A DNA stretch of 64,000 bases from Christensenellaceae bacterium Phil7 (GTDB lineage Bacteria; Bacillota; Clostridia; Christensenellales; CAG-138), in NCBI GenBank assembly GCA_001940845.1, contig MSGV01000017.1:9864-73863 (forward strand), read 5' to 3'. A program made the translations under genes and the position numbers. This document shows, piece by piece, positions 17,043 through 27,621 of this stretch. Below the pieces are notes generated by a model. It saw nothing but the letters and a program-made list of their open reading frames with translations, was not told the origin of the DNA and did no database searches. Each line of letters starts with the position of its first letter. The stretch's first letter is position 1.

Positions 17043-17516
17043 CTAATCGTTTCTCGAGCATTTTTCCGCATCGATAGCTAGCACCAGCATGAGTGCCGCA
17101 AGCGCATCCTCGGGATCAAAAACCTCTATCGAATAGGTATCCGTCCAGTTGAAGAGCTCCTTAGATACCTCGGCAACAGGATTTCCCTGCTCATCTTCAA
17201 CATCATAATCCCATTCTAAGAAATTGCCCGTAACATGCCAGCCAAAGAAATCTATATCGTATCTGGGCCTGAACAGTGAGAATTCCCTGCTTATGCACCC
17301 GACGCAGCTATCGCCAATATACATTTCGAACTTTGGCATAAATGTCAGCACACGCTGCTTCACCATGCCCAGATAATGACCCTGCGCATCGAATATCTTG
17401 AAGCAATGCCCCCATGATAGCTGACCACTGACCGTAAAGACGGTATTGCCGGCTTCATCATATATATCATAGCTATCGAACCATGAAAAAAACCGTTGCT
17501 TAAAGAGCAGTTTCAT
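17043..17516 (-). CDS. LURP-one/scramblase (Tubby C-terminal-like) protein
   Basis: KQRFFSWFDSYDIYDE.G, ELFNWTDTY.I. Confidence 0.82.
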   Translation of the reverse strand: MKLLFKQRFFSWFDSYDIYDEAGNTVFTVSGQLSWGHCFKIFDAQGHYLGMVKQRVLTFMPKFEMYIGDSCVGCISREFSLFRPRYDIDFFGWHVTGNFLEWDYDVEDEQGNPVAEVSKELFNWTDTYSIEVFDPEDALAALMLVLAIDAEKCSRND

Positions 17517-17603
17517 ACTTTCCCCTCCAATTCTTCCCACCTATTGGGAAATTCCAGCTTGATCTATTATACCATACCGCCCCGCTTTTGGGTACCTCCA
17601 TCG

Positions 17604-17881
17604 TTTTTAAAATATATTTATTTTTTCGTTACCCACTGCTACCTTTTGAATTGTTGTATCTATGAAAGGGAAATCCTGTCTGCCGCTCAAAGCATCATAA
17701 AATCTCATTTTCAAAATATATTTGCTTTTCCGTTACCCACTACCACCTTCTGAATTGTTGTATTTAATGAAAGGGAAATCCTGTTTGCCGCTCAAAACAT
17801 CATAAAATCTCATTTTCAAAATATATTTACTTTTTCGTTACCCACTGCCGCCTTCTGAATTGTTGTATTTAATGAAAGGGA
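17604..17881 (+). repeat. ~105-bp non-coding tandem repeat, about 2.6 copies
   Basis: AAAATATATTT..CGTTACCCACT..TGAATTGTTGTAT..ATGAAAGGGA recurs at 17609, 17713 and 17818. Confidence 0.9.
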
Positions 17882-18327
17882 GATCATGCTCCTCTTGGCA
17901 CTGAAGGAAAGCTTGCACCATGATTTCAAACATATATGCCGCATATCGGATGCTGATATAAGGAACCGTGTCCATCAAGGGTTTCTTATCTCAATATCCT
18001 GACGCACTCTCTCTTTTAAGGCACATGCACATCTTGTGTGCCTTTTTGTTTTTTGGTTTCATTTAGCATGGAAAGGATTCGCAATGAAATCAACCGCAAT
18101 GCTGTTCACCCCTTCCCTTATGCTCAGTTCGCCGCTCGACTCCTAAGGATTGGTTATCGATTCAATTCCGATGGTGGAACTACGCGGCACTGCATATTGC
18201 ATGTGTTGCTGTTTTTATGAACTTGCACGATGTGTTAACCCAGATAAGGACAAAAACCTAATCAAAGTTGTTTAATGACAGTAGAATAGGATTTTTGAAG
18301 CAAAAAACTTATTTGGAGGATTACAAA

Positions 18328-18716
18328 ATGGATAACAGAATTTTTGATGAAAATAATGGCTTGTGGTATGAAAAACAAGGCGATTATCTCATCCCCTGCC
18401 TTACCTTACCACCCGAAAAGGAACAGCCGATAAGGCTTATTCGGACGGCGGCACTTGCGGTACTTAAAGGAACGCCACAGGATTATATACACAAATCTGC
18501 TCACAAGCGGCAGGTTAAACACTTACATCTCCGGTATTGACAGGCATTGACAGGCAGGCACAGGAATGCTTTGAAACGCTCACAGAGCAGATGAAACAGG
18601 CACAGGGTATCACGGAGCAGTTAAAGGCGGAAAACGCTTTAGAATGGGTAGGAAAAATGAATAACATACGGGCGTGTGCGATAGAGATTATCAACGAGGA
18701 AATCATATTCCATTAA
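18328..18716 (+). pseudogene. tnpV: TnpV-family protein, frameshifted
   Basis: NGLWYEKQGDYLIPCLTLP start and GITEQLKAENALEWVGKMNNIRA end lie in different frames; 10-bp tandem duplication TTGACAGGCA at 18537-18556. Confidence 0.8.
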
Positions 18717-18968
18717 AGCATTGTAACGCATATATCTGTAAAATCGTGGTGGGTAGGGGTAATTCCTTACCCGTCATATTTTATGCCCTGTGAGCCGCTT
18801 AAATAAGGAGGTTTGACACCGAAAAGCGTTATAATACAGTTTCTTTTTAGGAAAGTAATTTGTTATTGGAGATAAATTACTTATCCGAATATCATAAAAT
18901 TACTCAAATTATCAATTTTGCAATTCATCTTTATGATATAATGCATCTTGAAGGTGAGGTGCGCTAAA

Positions 18969-19766
18969 ATGCAGAGATATTTTGAACTTGCCAGAGCTTT
19001 GGAATATATAGAAATTCATTTGTTAGAAAATTTTAAGCAAGAAGATGTTGCAAGAGCAGCATATGTTTCTCTTTCTGCTTTGCAAAAGATGTTTCGATAT
19101 ACATTTGGATGTAGTGTTAATGAATATATATCTAAGCGAAAAATGACGGTTGCGGCTGAGGAGCTTATGTCCAGCAATAAACCACTATATGAAATGGCGT
19201 TCAAATATGGATATACATCAACAGAAGCATTCAGTCGTGCTTTTTCAAAAGTAAACTGCTGCTTGCCCTCGGACTTCCGAAAGGGTAAAAAAACACAGGC
19301 AGTATTTACTTCTCTGACGGCTGAAAATGGAGATATCATAAGAACATCGCCCATAGCGCTGATTGAGGCAATTAAAAACTCAATCAATTGTTATGTGGTT
19401 TGTTTTGATATAGCAGGAATAATGGATATCAATGCTATTTCTCGTGAAGCAGGTGATATTGCGTTATTGGAAGCGGTTTCTCGTATTCGTCAATATATAT
19501 CAAATAACATTCCTTTCTTTCGCATAGGTGGAGATGAATTTGTTTTAATAACACCGTTTAATTATATAGAAGACGCCGAGCACTTGGCATCATCTGTATT
19601 ATCACATAATGGAGAAACATTTACATATAAAGAATTGCAAATTCCCCTCTATCTTCGCAGTTGGTATGGAAAGAACTCGTTTGCAATCGGTTCTGAAAAT
19701 CCTGCTGTAATTCTTAGGGAAAAGGTCAAATATCAAGGATTTACAGAGGTGCGAAGTGATGAATGA
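18969..19766 (+). CDS. AraC-type HTH regulator fused to a GGDEF-like domain
   Basis: ALEYIE.HL...YGYTSTEAFSRAF (AraC) followed by CFDI...IN...GD..L...FRIGGDEFVLI. Confidence 0.8.
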   Translation: MQRYFELARALEYIEIHLLENFKQEDVARAAYVSLSALQKMFRYTFGCSVNEYISKRKMTVAAEELMSSNKPLYEMAFKYGYTSTEAFSRAFSKVNCCLPSDFRKGKKTQAVFTSLTAENGDIIRTSPIALIEAIKNSINCYVVCFDIAGIMDINAISREAGDIALLEAVSRIRQYISNNIPFFRIGGDEFVLITPFNYIEDAEHLASSVLSHNGETFTYKELQIPLYLRSWYGKNSFAIGSENPAVILREKVKYQGFTEVRSDE

Positions 19767-20946
19767 AAACAAAACCGTTAAAAAGGGTATTCGCAATATT
19801 ATTTTTTTAGGGTTGGTAAGCTTTTTTATGGATTTATCAAGCGAAATGGTATATCCATTAATCCCAATTTACTTAACAAGTGTATTAGGAGCAACTCCGA
19901 CCATAATCGGTGTGATTGAGGGTATCGCAGAGAGTATTGCAAGTTTATTAAAGGTTTTCAGCGGATATATCAGTGATAAATATCAAAAAAAGAAACCGAT
20001 CGCATTTGTTGGATATGCAACCGGGGTAGTTTATAAGCTTGCTATGATTTTTGCGGGCTCGTGGCTTGGAATTTTGTTTGCGAGAATTGTTGACCGTTTT
20101 GGAAAAGGAATACGAACAGCACCAAGAGATGTTATGGTAGCAGACAATGCAGAAGCAAAGGCTATAGGAAAAAGCTTCGGCATACACAAAATGCTGGATA
20201 TGGCAGGCTCGGCGGCGGGCGTTTTGCTTGCCTATATTTTATTCACAAGATTAGGTCAGAGTTCTTATAAAACAGTATTTTGGATTTCAATAATTCCTGC
20301 AATCCTTTCGCTATGTATGTTCTTCTTTATCAAAGAACAGAAAGAACTACGACAAATCAAACAGCGCGAAAAATTTTGGACTGGTATAAAAGACTTAAAC
20401 GGTCAGCTTAAATTATATCTTTGTGTAGCTTTTTTGTTCACACTTGGAAATTCATCAAACAGCTTTCTGCTTTTGCGAGCGGCTGATGTTGGCATTTCAA
20501 GTGCAAATATTATTTTTTTATATTTTATTTTTAATATCACTACGTCAATACTTTCTGTTCCGTTTGGGAAATGGTCAGATAAGATTGGGCGAAAAAATGT
20601 ACTTATTCTTGGGTATGCAATATTTGCTCTCGTTTATTTTGTATTTGCCGTAGCTTCTAATAAAGTGATGATTGTACTCGCCTTTTTCCTTTACGGCGTT
20701 TATACGGCAGTTATCAACGGTGCAGAAAAAGCCTTTATTACAGAAATTTCACCAAAGGAACTAAAGGGAACTTTGCTCGGCCTTCATTCTACTTTGGTGG
20801 GAATCGCATTACTTCCAGCAAGCGTAATCGCTGGTATTCTTTGGGACAACATAGGAAATTATGCACCATTTCTATTTGGTGCGATACTTTCGATTGCAGC
20901 TGCAACTATACTGAATTTTGGATTGAAAGAAAAATCTAATTTATAA
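19756..20946 (+). CDS. MFS transporter
   Basis: DLSSEMVYPLIP, DRFGKGIRTAPRD, WSDKIGRK; about 12 hydrophobic helices. Confidence 0.9.
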   Translation: MMNENKTVKKGIRNIIFLGLVSFFMDLSSEMVYPLIPIYLTSVLGATPTIIGVIEGIAESIASLLKVFSGYISDKYQKKKPIAFVGYATGVVYKLAMIFAGSWLGILFARIVDRFGKGIRTAPRDVMVADNAEAKAIGKSFGIHKMLDMAGSAAGVLLAYILFTRLGQSSYKTVFWISIIPAILSLCMFFFIKEQKELRQIKQREKFWTGIKDLNGQLKLYLCVAFLFTLGNSSNSFLLLRAADVGISSANIIFLYFIFNITTSILSVPFGKWSDKIGRKNVLILGYAIFALVYFVFAVASNKVMIVLAFFLYGVYTAVINGAEKAFITEISPKELKGTLLGLHSTLVGIALLPASVIAGILWDNIGNYAPFLFGAILSIAAATILNFGLKEKSNL

Positions 20947-21405
20947 AAACAGATAATGTATTAATCGGTAATTAAAACAGAAAAAATCATCTTAAGAACT
21001 ATTCTTGAAGTAAAACATTACCCCACCGAATAAAAAACGGTGTTTTGGTGGGCTGTCTTGTTACGCCCAAATAGAATGGCGACCACCCTCAAGACCCGCT
21101 TTTGAGTTTGGAGGAATTTTTTATGTGTTGGTCGGCTTCGGCTACACCGCTGCTTATCAGAAGCAGCAGCTATCTACATAGTATCACGGATAAGTGAGGA
21201 TAACCTGTTAAAAAAATCTTTGCTTGTGCGTGGTACACTTGCACCCATAAAGTAGAAGCCAAATTTCTACATAATAGTGATGAATATTCTTATAACCGCA
21301 TTGGTTTGACAGCCTTTGCGGTTTTTCTTTTGTCGTTTTTGTCGGGTGTCGTTCCCCACCTCTCAATCTGGATTTTCAAGAAATTCAGATTGGAGGAAAT
21401 AAAGA

Positions 21406-21834
21406 ATGGCATATAACCACGGCAAAGAGGAACGCAAGTGGCGTATCTGGAAAGAAGCCGAAGAAAAGATATTAAGGAACTGCGGCGTACCCGAATGTAT
21501 CATTGAGCAGCTTCGTACTTATGACCGAGCAGATTTTAATTCCAACCGACGATTTTACCGCTACTTAAATGATGTCGGGGAATACATTGAGGAAACGGAA
21601 GCGTCGGAACGGAAGATAGAAGTTAAAACTGTTTCCGATTTGCTCAATGAAATCGAGAACGAAAATCTGTATCGTGCATTGCTCACGGTGGACAAGCGTA
21701 CCCTGCAAATCGTTCTGCTGAAAATGCAGGAATACTCTACAAAGGAGATTGCCCCGATTGTCGGCTTGACAACAGGTGCTATCTACGCAAGATTAGACCA
21801 CCTGCGGAAAAAGCTGAAGCAATTTAAGCGTTAA
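21406..21834 (+). CDS. Sigma-70 region-4 domain protein (mobile-element type)
   Basis: MAYNHGKEERKW... with C-terminal YSTKEIA..VGLT..AIY.RL..LRKKL. Confidence 0.78.
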   Translation: MAYNHGKEERKWRIWKEAEEKILRNCGVPECIIEQLRTYDRADFNSNRRFYRYLNDVGEYIEETEASERKIEVKTVSDLLNEIENENLYRALLTVDKRTLQIVLLKMQEYSTKEIAPIVGLTTGAIYARLDHLRKKLKQFKR

Positions 21835-21862
21835 GGATAATATCGCACTTTCCCACGGGCTA

Positions 21863-22390
21863 TTGGGTGAGAGGTCGGATAAACCTCTCACTCAATTTTT
21901 TCGGGAGGAAAGCAAAATGGCGATACCTAAAAGGGCTTATATGCTTCAAGCGATAGAAACGGAGAACGGAACGAGTTATCATATCAGCTTCCGTGACGGT
22001 ACGGGAAAGGTGCATAGACTGAATGTATCCTATGATTTTTATATGGCGTTTCGGAGGTTGGAGCTTGACCAACGCAACTTAGAGAATTGGGATTGGCGGC
22101 ACAGAGAGTTTTCGGAGATTTGGGATGAAACACTGAACAGACGGGCATTGCGGCTTCCCAAAAGTGTGGACGAGCAGATTATTGACGGGGAACGGAATGA
22201 GCTGTTACACCAAGCAATTTCCACCCTGCCAGAAATCCAGAAGCGGCGTTTTCTCCTATACTACGAATACGATTTGAATTACTACGAGATTGGAGCAATG
22301 GAGCATTGCACACCGCAGTCGGTAAGAAAATCCGTTGTGATTGCCAGAGAAAAGGTAAAGGCACAGATGAAAGACTATCTCTGTGCCTGA
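21863..22390 (+). CDS. Sigma-70 region-4 domain protein (Tn916 Orf7-like)
   Basis: AISTLPEIQKRRFLLYYEYDLNYYEIGAMEHCT. Confidence 0.75.
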   Translation: MGERSDKPLTQFFREESKMAIPKRAYMLQAIETENGTSYHISFRDGTGKVHRLNVSYDFYMAFRRLELDQRNLENWDWRHREFSEIWDETLNRRALRLPKSVDEQIIDGERNELLHQAISTLPEIQKRRFLLYYEYDLNYYEIGAMEHCTPQSVRKSVVIAREKVKAQMKDYLCA

Positions 22391-22872
22391 CCGTAACCCT
22401 TGCCCTTGTATCTTCGGATATGAGGGCATTTAATAAAAAATAGATGTTTTGAGAAGATGTGGGCAATCCCCACCTAACGCCTGCGGTATGCTATGAGAAA
22501 ATGCCGTGCTTTCCCTACAAGATAAGTTTGGTACAGTTTGATGTGGTAAGGAAGCTCTAAAACTGTATGACTTTGAATACTCAAAGCCGCTACATACAAC
22601 ATTGCTTTGAAGCGAGAGAAACTCTCCCGCCGATTTGTGATGTATATGTAGTGGCTTTTTTGTTTTGCCGATTGCACCTTGACAACTGAATACATGCCGC
22701 CTTAAAGGATATGATTTTGCGATGATATGAGCAAGGCAACTTCGGAGTGAAAATCTCGGATAGGAACAATTATAGGCTTGCGGCACGATATACGATAGCA
22801 AAATAAATTTGGTTGCATTATAAAAATTAATCGGCATAAGCTCAAATCAAAGAGCTCATGCCGATCCATACA

Positions 22873-23328
22873 TCAATGATTAGTATCAGCAGCATTTATT
22901 GGCAGCACCTCATCGCTTCCGACCTTTTGGATGAAAGCCAGCTCGATCTGCTCATCAATAATAAACACGGTCAGCACCCTTTCATCATCGAGCTGCGCAA
23001 GCAGCAGATAAAGCTCGCCCTCCCGCTCCGTATTGGATGGGAAGCCCGCGCTCAGAGAAGCTTCGATAGCTTCATCCAGCGATACTCCCTCCATAAGCTC
23101 GGCTATGCTCGATTGCCTGCTGTAGCTCTGTTGGTATAATGCGTCCGAAGCGATGCTGCATCCATGCTTTTTCAGCTCCGATGCCACCTCATCCGCAAGG
23201 CTTGCGCCGCCGATCAGCATTCGCAGTGCTATGGCAAGCACAAGCAGGACGAGCGCAGCGATGAGCAGCGAATTGCGGGTCGAATGCTCCATTCGCTTTC
23301 CTGCATTTTGATTTTTATTGATTGCCAT
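22873..23328 (-). CDS. Hypothetical membrane-anchored protein
   Basis: One N-terminal TM helix; co-oriented downstream of ecfT. Confidence 0.6.
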   Translation of the reverse strand: MAINKNQNAGKRMEHSTRNSLLIAALVLLVLAIALRMLIGGASLADEVASELKKHGCSIASDALYQQSYSRQSSIAELMEGVSLDEAIEASLSAGFPSNTEREGELYLLLAQLDDERVLTVFIIDEQIELAFIQKVGSDEVLPINAADTNH

Positions 23329-23405
23329 CTTACAAACCTCGTTTACGGCATCCGGAGCTTCGTTCGTCCCCGCTCATTCCAATTAATATCCAATTAATAA
23401 GAATA

Positions 23406-24212
23406 TCAGAAAAGGAATCTCTGGGAAAGCAGGATCGCCGCTATGAGCGCACCGGTGATGAGCGCCGCTGCCAGATCGCCCCATTGCAGCTTAAGCACCC
23501 GCATACGGGTTCTGCCCTCTCCGCCATGATAGCAGCGGCTCTCCATCGCCATTGCAAGCTCACCGGCATGGCGAAAGGAATTCACTATGAGCGGTATGAG
23601 CACGGGCAGCATGGCCTTCGCCCTTTTAATGACATTTCCGCTTTCAAAATCAGCCCCGCGCGCAAGCTGAGCCTTTTGGATCTTATCAGCCTCCTCTATA
23701 AGGGTCGGGATAAACCTGAGCGCGATGGTCATCATCATCGCAAGCTCATGCACCGGAAATTTTATCAGCTTCAGCGGCGCCATCAGCTTTTCAAGCCCAT
23801 CGGTCAGCGCAATCGGCGTGGTGGTCAGAGTTAAAAGGCTGGTTCCCACGACCAATGTTGAAAGGCGCAGAACTATAAAGAACGCATTTTTTATTCCTTC
23901 ATCATATATCTTGATTATCCACCAATCCACCAGCAGATTGCCCTTTCGGACGAGCAATAGGTTAAAGAGGAACATCAGCGGAAGTATAAATCGCAGCGGC
24001 TTGAGTGCCTTCAGCAGATAGTTGAGCGGAATCCTTGCCGTCAGCGTTACGGCAAGGATGAATGCGGCAATGATTATGAATGCCGGCATCTTTTCGACAA
24101 GGAATATGGCCACGATGTATGCGATCATCAATAGTATCTTCGTGCGCGGATCGAGCCTGTGTACGGCAGAATTTCCGGGCAGATATTGGCCAAGGGTTAT
24201 ATCATTAAGCAT
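23406..24212 (-). CDS. ecfT: ECF transporter transmembrane component T
   Basis: HRLDPRTK, ALRFIPTL, QLARG, AMESRCY. Confidence 0.95.
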   Translation of the reverse strand: MLNDITLGQYLPGNSAVHRLDPRTKILLMIAYIVAIFLVEKMPAFIIIAAFILAVTLTARIPLNYLLKALKPLRFILPLMFLFNLLLVRKGNLLVDWWIIKIYDEGIKNAFFIVLRLSTLVVGTSLLTLTTTPIALTDGLEKLMAPLKLIKFPVHELAMMMTIALRFIPTLIEEADKIQKAQLARGADFESGNVIKRAKAMLPVLIPLIVNSFRHAGELAMAMESRCYHGGEGRTRMRVLKLQWGDLAAALITGALIAAILLSQRFLF

Positions 24213-25056
24213 GCTTCACTGCCCTCCCAAGCCATTCGATAAAGCTTTCCTCGGTATAGAGCCCATCGGGAACCGCCGCCCCCCGCTGCTTCAGCATTGC
24301 GGCAAGCTGCATCGGCTTTGGTACATCCAGGCCGATCTCTGTAAGCTCGGCCGTATCCGCAAAAACCTGCTCCGGCGTACCGATCATTCGTATCCTGCCA
24401 TTATTCAATACTATTATCCTTTCGGCAGATCTTGCGATATCATCCATCGAATGGCTGACCATTATGACTGCGCAGCCCAGCTCTGCTCTCAGCCTTGCTA
24501 TAAGCTCCAGCACATCCCTCCTGCCGCCCGGGTCGAGCCCGGCCATCGGCTCATCCAGCACGAGATATTTCGGACGCATGGCGATAATTCCTGCGAGCGC
24601 AGCCCTGCGCTTCTGGCCGCCCGAAAGCTCGAATGGGGATTTTTCCATCATCTCCGCCGGATCGAGCCCGACCAGCTCCAATGCCTCCGCTGCAAGCCGC
24701 TTGACCTCAGCCTCATCCAGCTTCATATTCCTCGGACCAAACGAGACATCCGCAAATACCGTGCTGTCAAAGAGCTGGTAATCGGGATACTGAAACGCCA
24801 TGCCTATCAGCGCACGCCCCTTGGCGCGCTGCTTCTTATCATTCATATCATAACCATCGACCAGAACCCTTCCGCTCGTGGGCTGCATCAGTCCGTTAAG
24901 CTGCTGTATCAGGGTCGATTTGCCGCTGCCCGTATGCCCTATCAGCCCGATAAATTCGCTGTCACCCACGGTGAAGCTTATATCATCCAGTGCAGTATGG
25001 GCATTTGCGGTATTCTGCATATATGTATAACTCAGTTTTTCAACAACAATGGGCAT
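24205..25056 (-). CDS. ecfA2: ECF transporter ATPase A2
   Basis: GHTGSGKST, FQYPDYQLF, SPFELSGGQKRR. Confidence 0.93.
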   Translation of the reverse strand: MPIVVEKLSYTYMQNTANAHTALDDISFTVGDSEFIGLIGHTGSGKSTLIQQLNGLMQPTSGRVLVDGYDMNDKKQRAKGRALIGMAFQYPDYQLFDSTVFADVSFGPRNMKLDEAEVKRLAAEALELVGLDPAEMMEKSPFELSGGQKRRAALAGIIAMRPKYLVLDEPMAGLDPGGRRDVLELIARLRAELGCAVIMVSHSMDDIARSAERIIVLNNGRIRMIGTPEQVFADTAELTEIGLDVPKPMQLAAMLKQRGAAVPDGLYTEESFIEWLGRAVKHA

Positions 25057-25907
25057 AATAATTCTGCCAACTCCTCCGCCTTCAGCACATCACAGGGCGC
25101 AATGAGCCCCTTTGCGATCAGCTCATCACGAATTCCGACTATCACGGGAACATCGAGCCCTATGCCTCGGAGCCTATCCCCCTGCGCAAAGACCTCCCTG
25201 GGCGAGCCCGTAAAATCGATAAGCCCATCATTCATGACGATTATCCTATCGGCATCGACGGCCTCCTCCATATATTGGGTAATCATTATGACCGTGATCC
25301 CACGCTTGCTGTGCAGCTCGTTTACTATATCGATGATCTTTTTTCTGCCCAGCGGATCAAGCATTGCGGTCGCTTCATCCAGAACCAGCACCTCCGGCTC
25401 TATGGCCAGCATACCGGCAATCGCTATTCGCTGCTTCTGCCCGCCGGAAAGCATATGCGGTGCGGATTTTGCATAGGAAAGCATATCGACCGCTTCAAGC
25501 GCATCATGCACCCGCCGGATTATCTGCTCCGTGGGTATGCCGAGATTTTCGGGGCCGAAGCCCACATCTTCCTCCACCACGGTCGTCACTATCTGGTTGT
25601 CGGGATTCTGAAATACGACCCCGACTTTTTTTCTTATATCAAGCGTGCGTTCCTCATCGATGGTATCCATCCCATCTATCCTGACCGTCCCCTCCTCGGG
25701 GATCAGCAGTGCGTTCAGCAGCTTGGCAACGGTGGATTTGCCGCTGCCGTTTCGCCCTACGATCGCAACGAATTCGCCGCGCTCGATATCGAAACTGACG
25801 CCCCTGAGCGCCTGAGTTTCCGCACCATCATATGTGTATTTCACATTCTCAACGCTTATCATAGAATGCCTTTCATCCATGTGAGTATTTGATCCCACAT
25901 CAAACAC
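25032..25907 (-). CDS. ecfA1: ECF transporter ATPase A1
   Basis: GRNGSGKST, FQNPDNQIV, LSGGQKQR, DEATAMLDP. Confidence 0.93.
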   Translation of the reverse strand: MFDVGSNTHMDERHSMISVENVKYTYDGAETQALRGVSFDIERGEFVAIVGRNGSGKSTVAKLLNALLIPEEGTVRIDGMDTIDEERTLDIRKKVGVVFQNPDNQIVTTVVEEDVGFGPENLGIPTEQIIRRVHDALEAVDMLSYAKSAPHMLSGGQKQRIAIAGMLAIEPEVLVLDEATAMLDPLGRKKIIDIVNELHSKRGITVIMITQYMEEAVDADRIIVMNDGLIDFTGSPREVFAQGDRLRGIGLDVPVIVGIRDELIAKGLIAPCDVLKAEELAELLCPLLLKN

Positions 25908-26046
25908 TTCATTATATCAAGCTTATCCGCATTTTAGCAAGTATATTTAAGCAATCCATGGTAGTTTGGATTCGGTGCACTATGGCAAGATCCGGCGTGC
26001 ATTTGTGCCCGCCGGATCTCTCAAAGGGGTAGTGGATATAGTATTT

Positions 26047-27621
26047 TTACTCGGCCTTGGGGCCTGCATTGATGATGCTCTCGGGCATATTGGTGTACTT
26101 TTTGAAGTTATTCACAAACATGCGCGCAAGCTCTCTGGCCTGGGCATCATAAGCATCCTTATCCGCCCAGACTTCACGGGGATTGAGCACCTCATCGGGC
26201 ACCTCGGGGCAGGTCTTGGGAACGAGGACATTGAATATTGGATGCAGCTCATATTCGACATCATTGAGCTTACCCTCAAGAGCGGCAGTGACCATCGCAC
26301 GGGTATATTTGATCTTCATGCGGCTGCCGACGCCATAGGGGCCTCCCGTCCAGCCCGTGTTGATGAGGAATACATTCGCGCCGTTTTCATCGATCTTCTT
26401 GCCAAGCATCTCTGCATAGATGGATGGATGCATGGGCAGGAATGGTGCGCCGAAGCAGGTGGAGAAGGTCGCCTGGGGCTCCTTGATGCCGCGCTCGGTG
26501 CCGGCCAACTTGCTCGTGTAGCCTGAGACAAAATGATATTTTGCCATATCCTCGGTCAGCTTGGAGATGGGTGGCAGCACGCCGAAAGCATCCGCCGTCA
26601 GGAATATGACCGTCTTGGGCTGATTGCCCTTGCCCGGGATCACGCAATTGGGAATGTACTCAACGGGATATGCCGCACGGGTATTCTCCGTGATGCTCGA
26701 ATCCGCAAAATCCAATGTGCGGGTATCTTCATCCATGATGACGTTTTCAACGAGCGTACCGAAGCGGATCGCATCCCAGATCTCCGGCTCATTCTCGCGG
26801 GAGAGATTGATGCATTTCGCATAGCAGCCGCCCTCAAAATTGAATACGCCATTATCGGACCAGCCGTGCTCGTCATCACCAATGAGCCAGCGATTCGGGT
26901 CCGCCGAAAGAGTGGTTTTGCCCGTTCCGCTCAGTCCAAAGAATAATGCGGTGTCCCCATCATTGCCGATATTGGCGGAGCAATGCATCGGGAAAACTCC
27001 ACGCTGAGGCATGAGGAAGTTCATGACGGAGAACATGCCCTTCTTGATCTCTCCGGAATACTTTGAGCAGGCGATGGTGACCCTGTTCTTCTCGAAATCC
27101 AATATGATCGCAGCCTCACTGTTCACGCCGTCACGCTCCGGGATGCATTTAAAGCCGGGTGTGCAGAGCACGGTGAATTTTGGTTCGAAAGCATCGAGCT
27201 GCTCCCTATCCGGGCGAACGAACGCCTGAGTCGCAAAGAGTGCGCTTGCAGCATTTTCGCAGACTACCCTGATCGGCAAAGCGTATTCGCTGTCGGCTCC
27301 AACATAGCCATCCACTATAAAGATCTCGCGATTCTGCATATATGCGCACATCTTTTCATAGATGCCATCAGCCTTTTCCCGGCTGATCGGCACATTCACC
27401 TTGCCCCAATCCACCAGATCATGCACATTGGGGGTATCGACGATGAAGCGGTCATTGGGCGATCTTCCGGTATATTTTCCGGTATCGATCACGAGCGCAC
27501 CGGTCTTACTGAGCTTCCCCTCCTCCCTCTCAAGGGCGTGCTCAATGAGCTGAGCGGGCGACAGGTTGCGATAGATCGCTTTCGGGCAAAGGATGCCCAT
27601 TGCTTCAATGTATTCTTTCAT
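26047..27621 (-). CDS. pckA: Phosphoenolpyruvate carboxykinase (ATP)
   Basis: TGRSP.D, FFGLSGTGKTTLS, LIGDDEHGW, FEGGCYAK. Confidence 0.97.
   Translation of the reverse strand: MKEYIEAMGILCPKAIYRNLSPAQLIEHALEREEGKLSKTGALVIDTGKYTGRSPNDRFIVDTPNVHDLVDWGKVNVPISREKADGIYEKMCAYMQNREIFIVDGYVGADSEYALPIRVVCENAASALFATQAFVRPDREQLDAFEPKFTVLCTPGFKCIPERDGVNSEAAIILDFEKNRVTIACSKYSGEIKKGMFSVMNFLMPQRGVFPMHCSANIGNDGDTALFFGLSGTGKTTLSADPNRWLIGDDEHGWSDNGVFNFEGGCYAKCINLSRENEPEIWDAIRFGTLVENVIMDEDTRTLDFADSSITENTRAAYPVEYIPNCVIPGKGNQPKTVIFLTADAFGVLPPISKLTEDMAKYHFVSGYTSKLAGTERGIKEPQATFSTCFGAPFLPMHPSIYAEMLGKKIDENGANVFLINTGWTGGPYGVGSRMKIKYTRAMVTAALEGKLNDVEYELHPIFNVLVPKTCPEVPDEVLNPREVWADKDAYDAQARELARMFVNNFKKYTNMPESIINAGPKAE

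Larger units (their letters stand above)
18200..22850. mobile_element. Low-GC cargo cassette remnant of an ICE/IME (tnpV, AraC-GGDEF, MFS, two sigma-70 region-4 genes); boundaries approximate
   Basis: Abrupt AT enrichment; TnpV and Tn916 orf7-like sigma genes; GCACCTTGACAACTGAATA motif at ~22674; no integrase left. Confidence 0.7.

Noticed and set aside
10121-17604. Composite transposon bounded by the inverted leader elements
   Set aside because: The two copies are strongly diverged, there is no transposase or target-site duplication, and the enclosed genes have host-like composition
17604-17881. Possible CRISPR array
   Set aside because: Units are ~105 bp and similar along their whole length, with no unique spacers and no cas genes in the window
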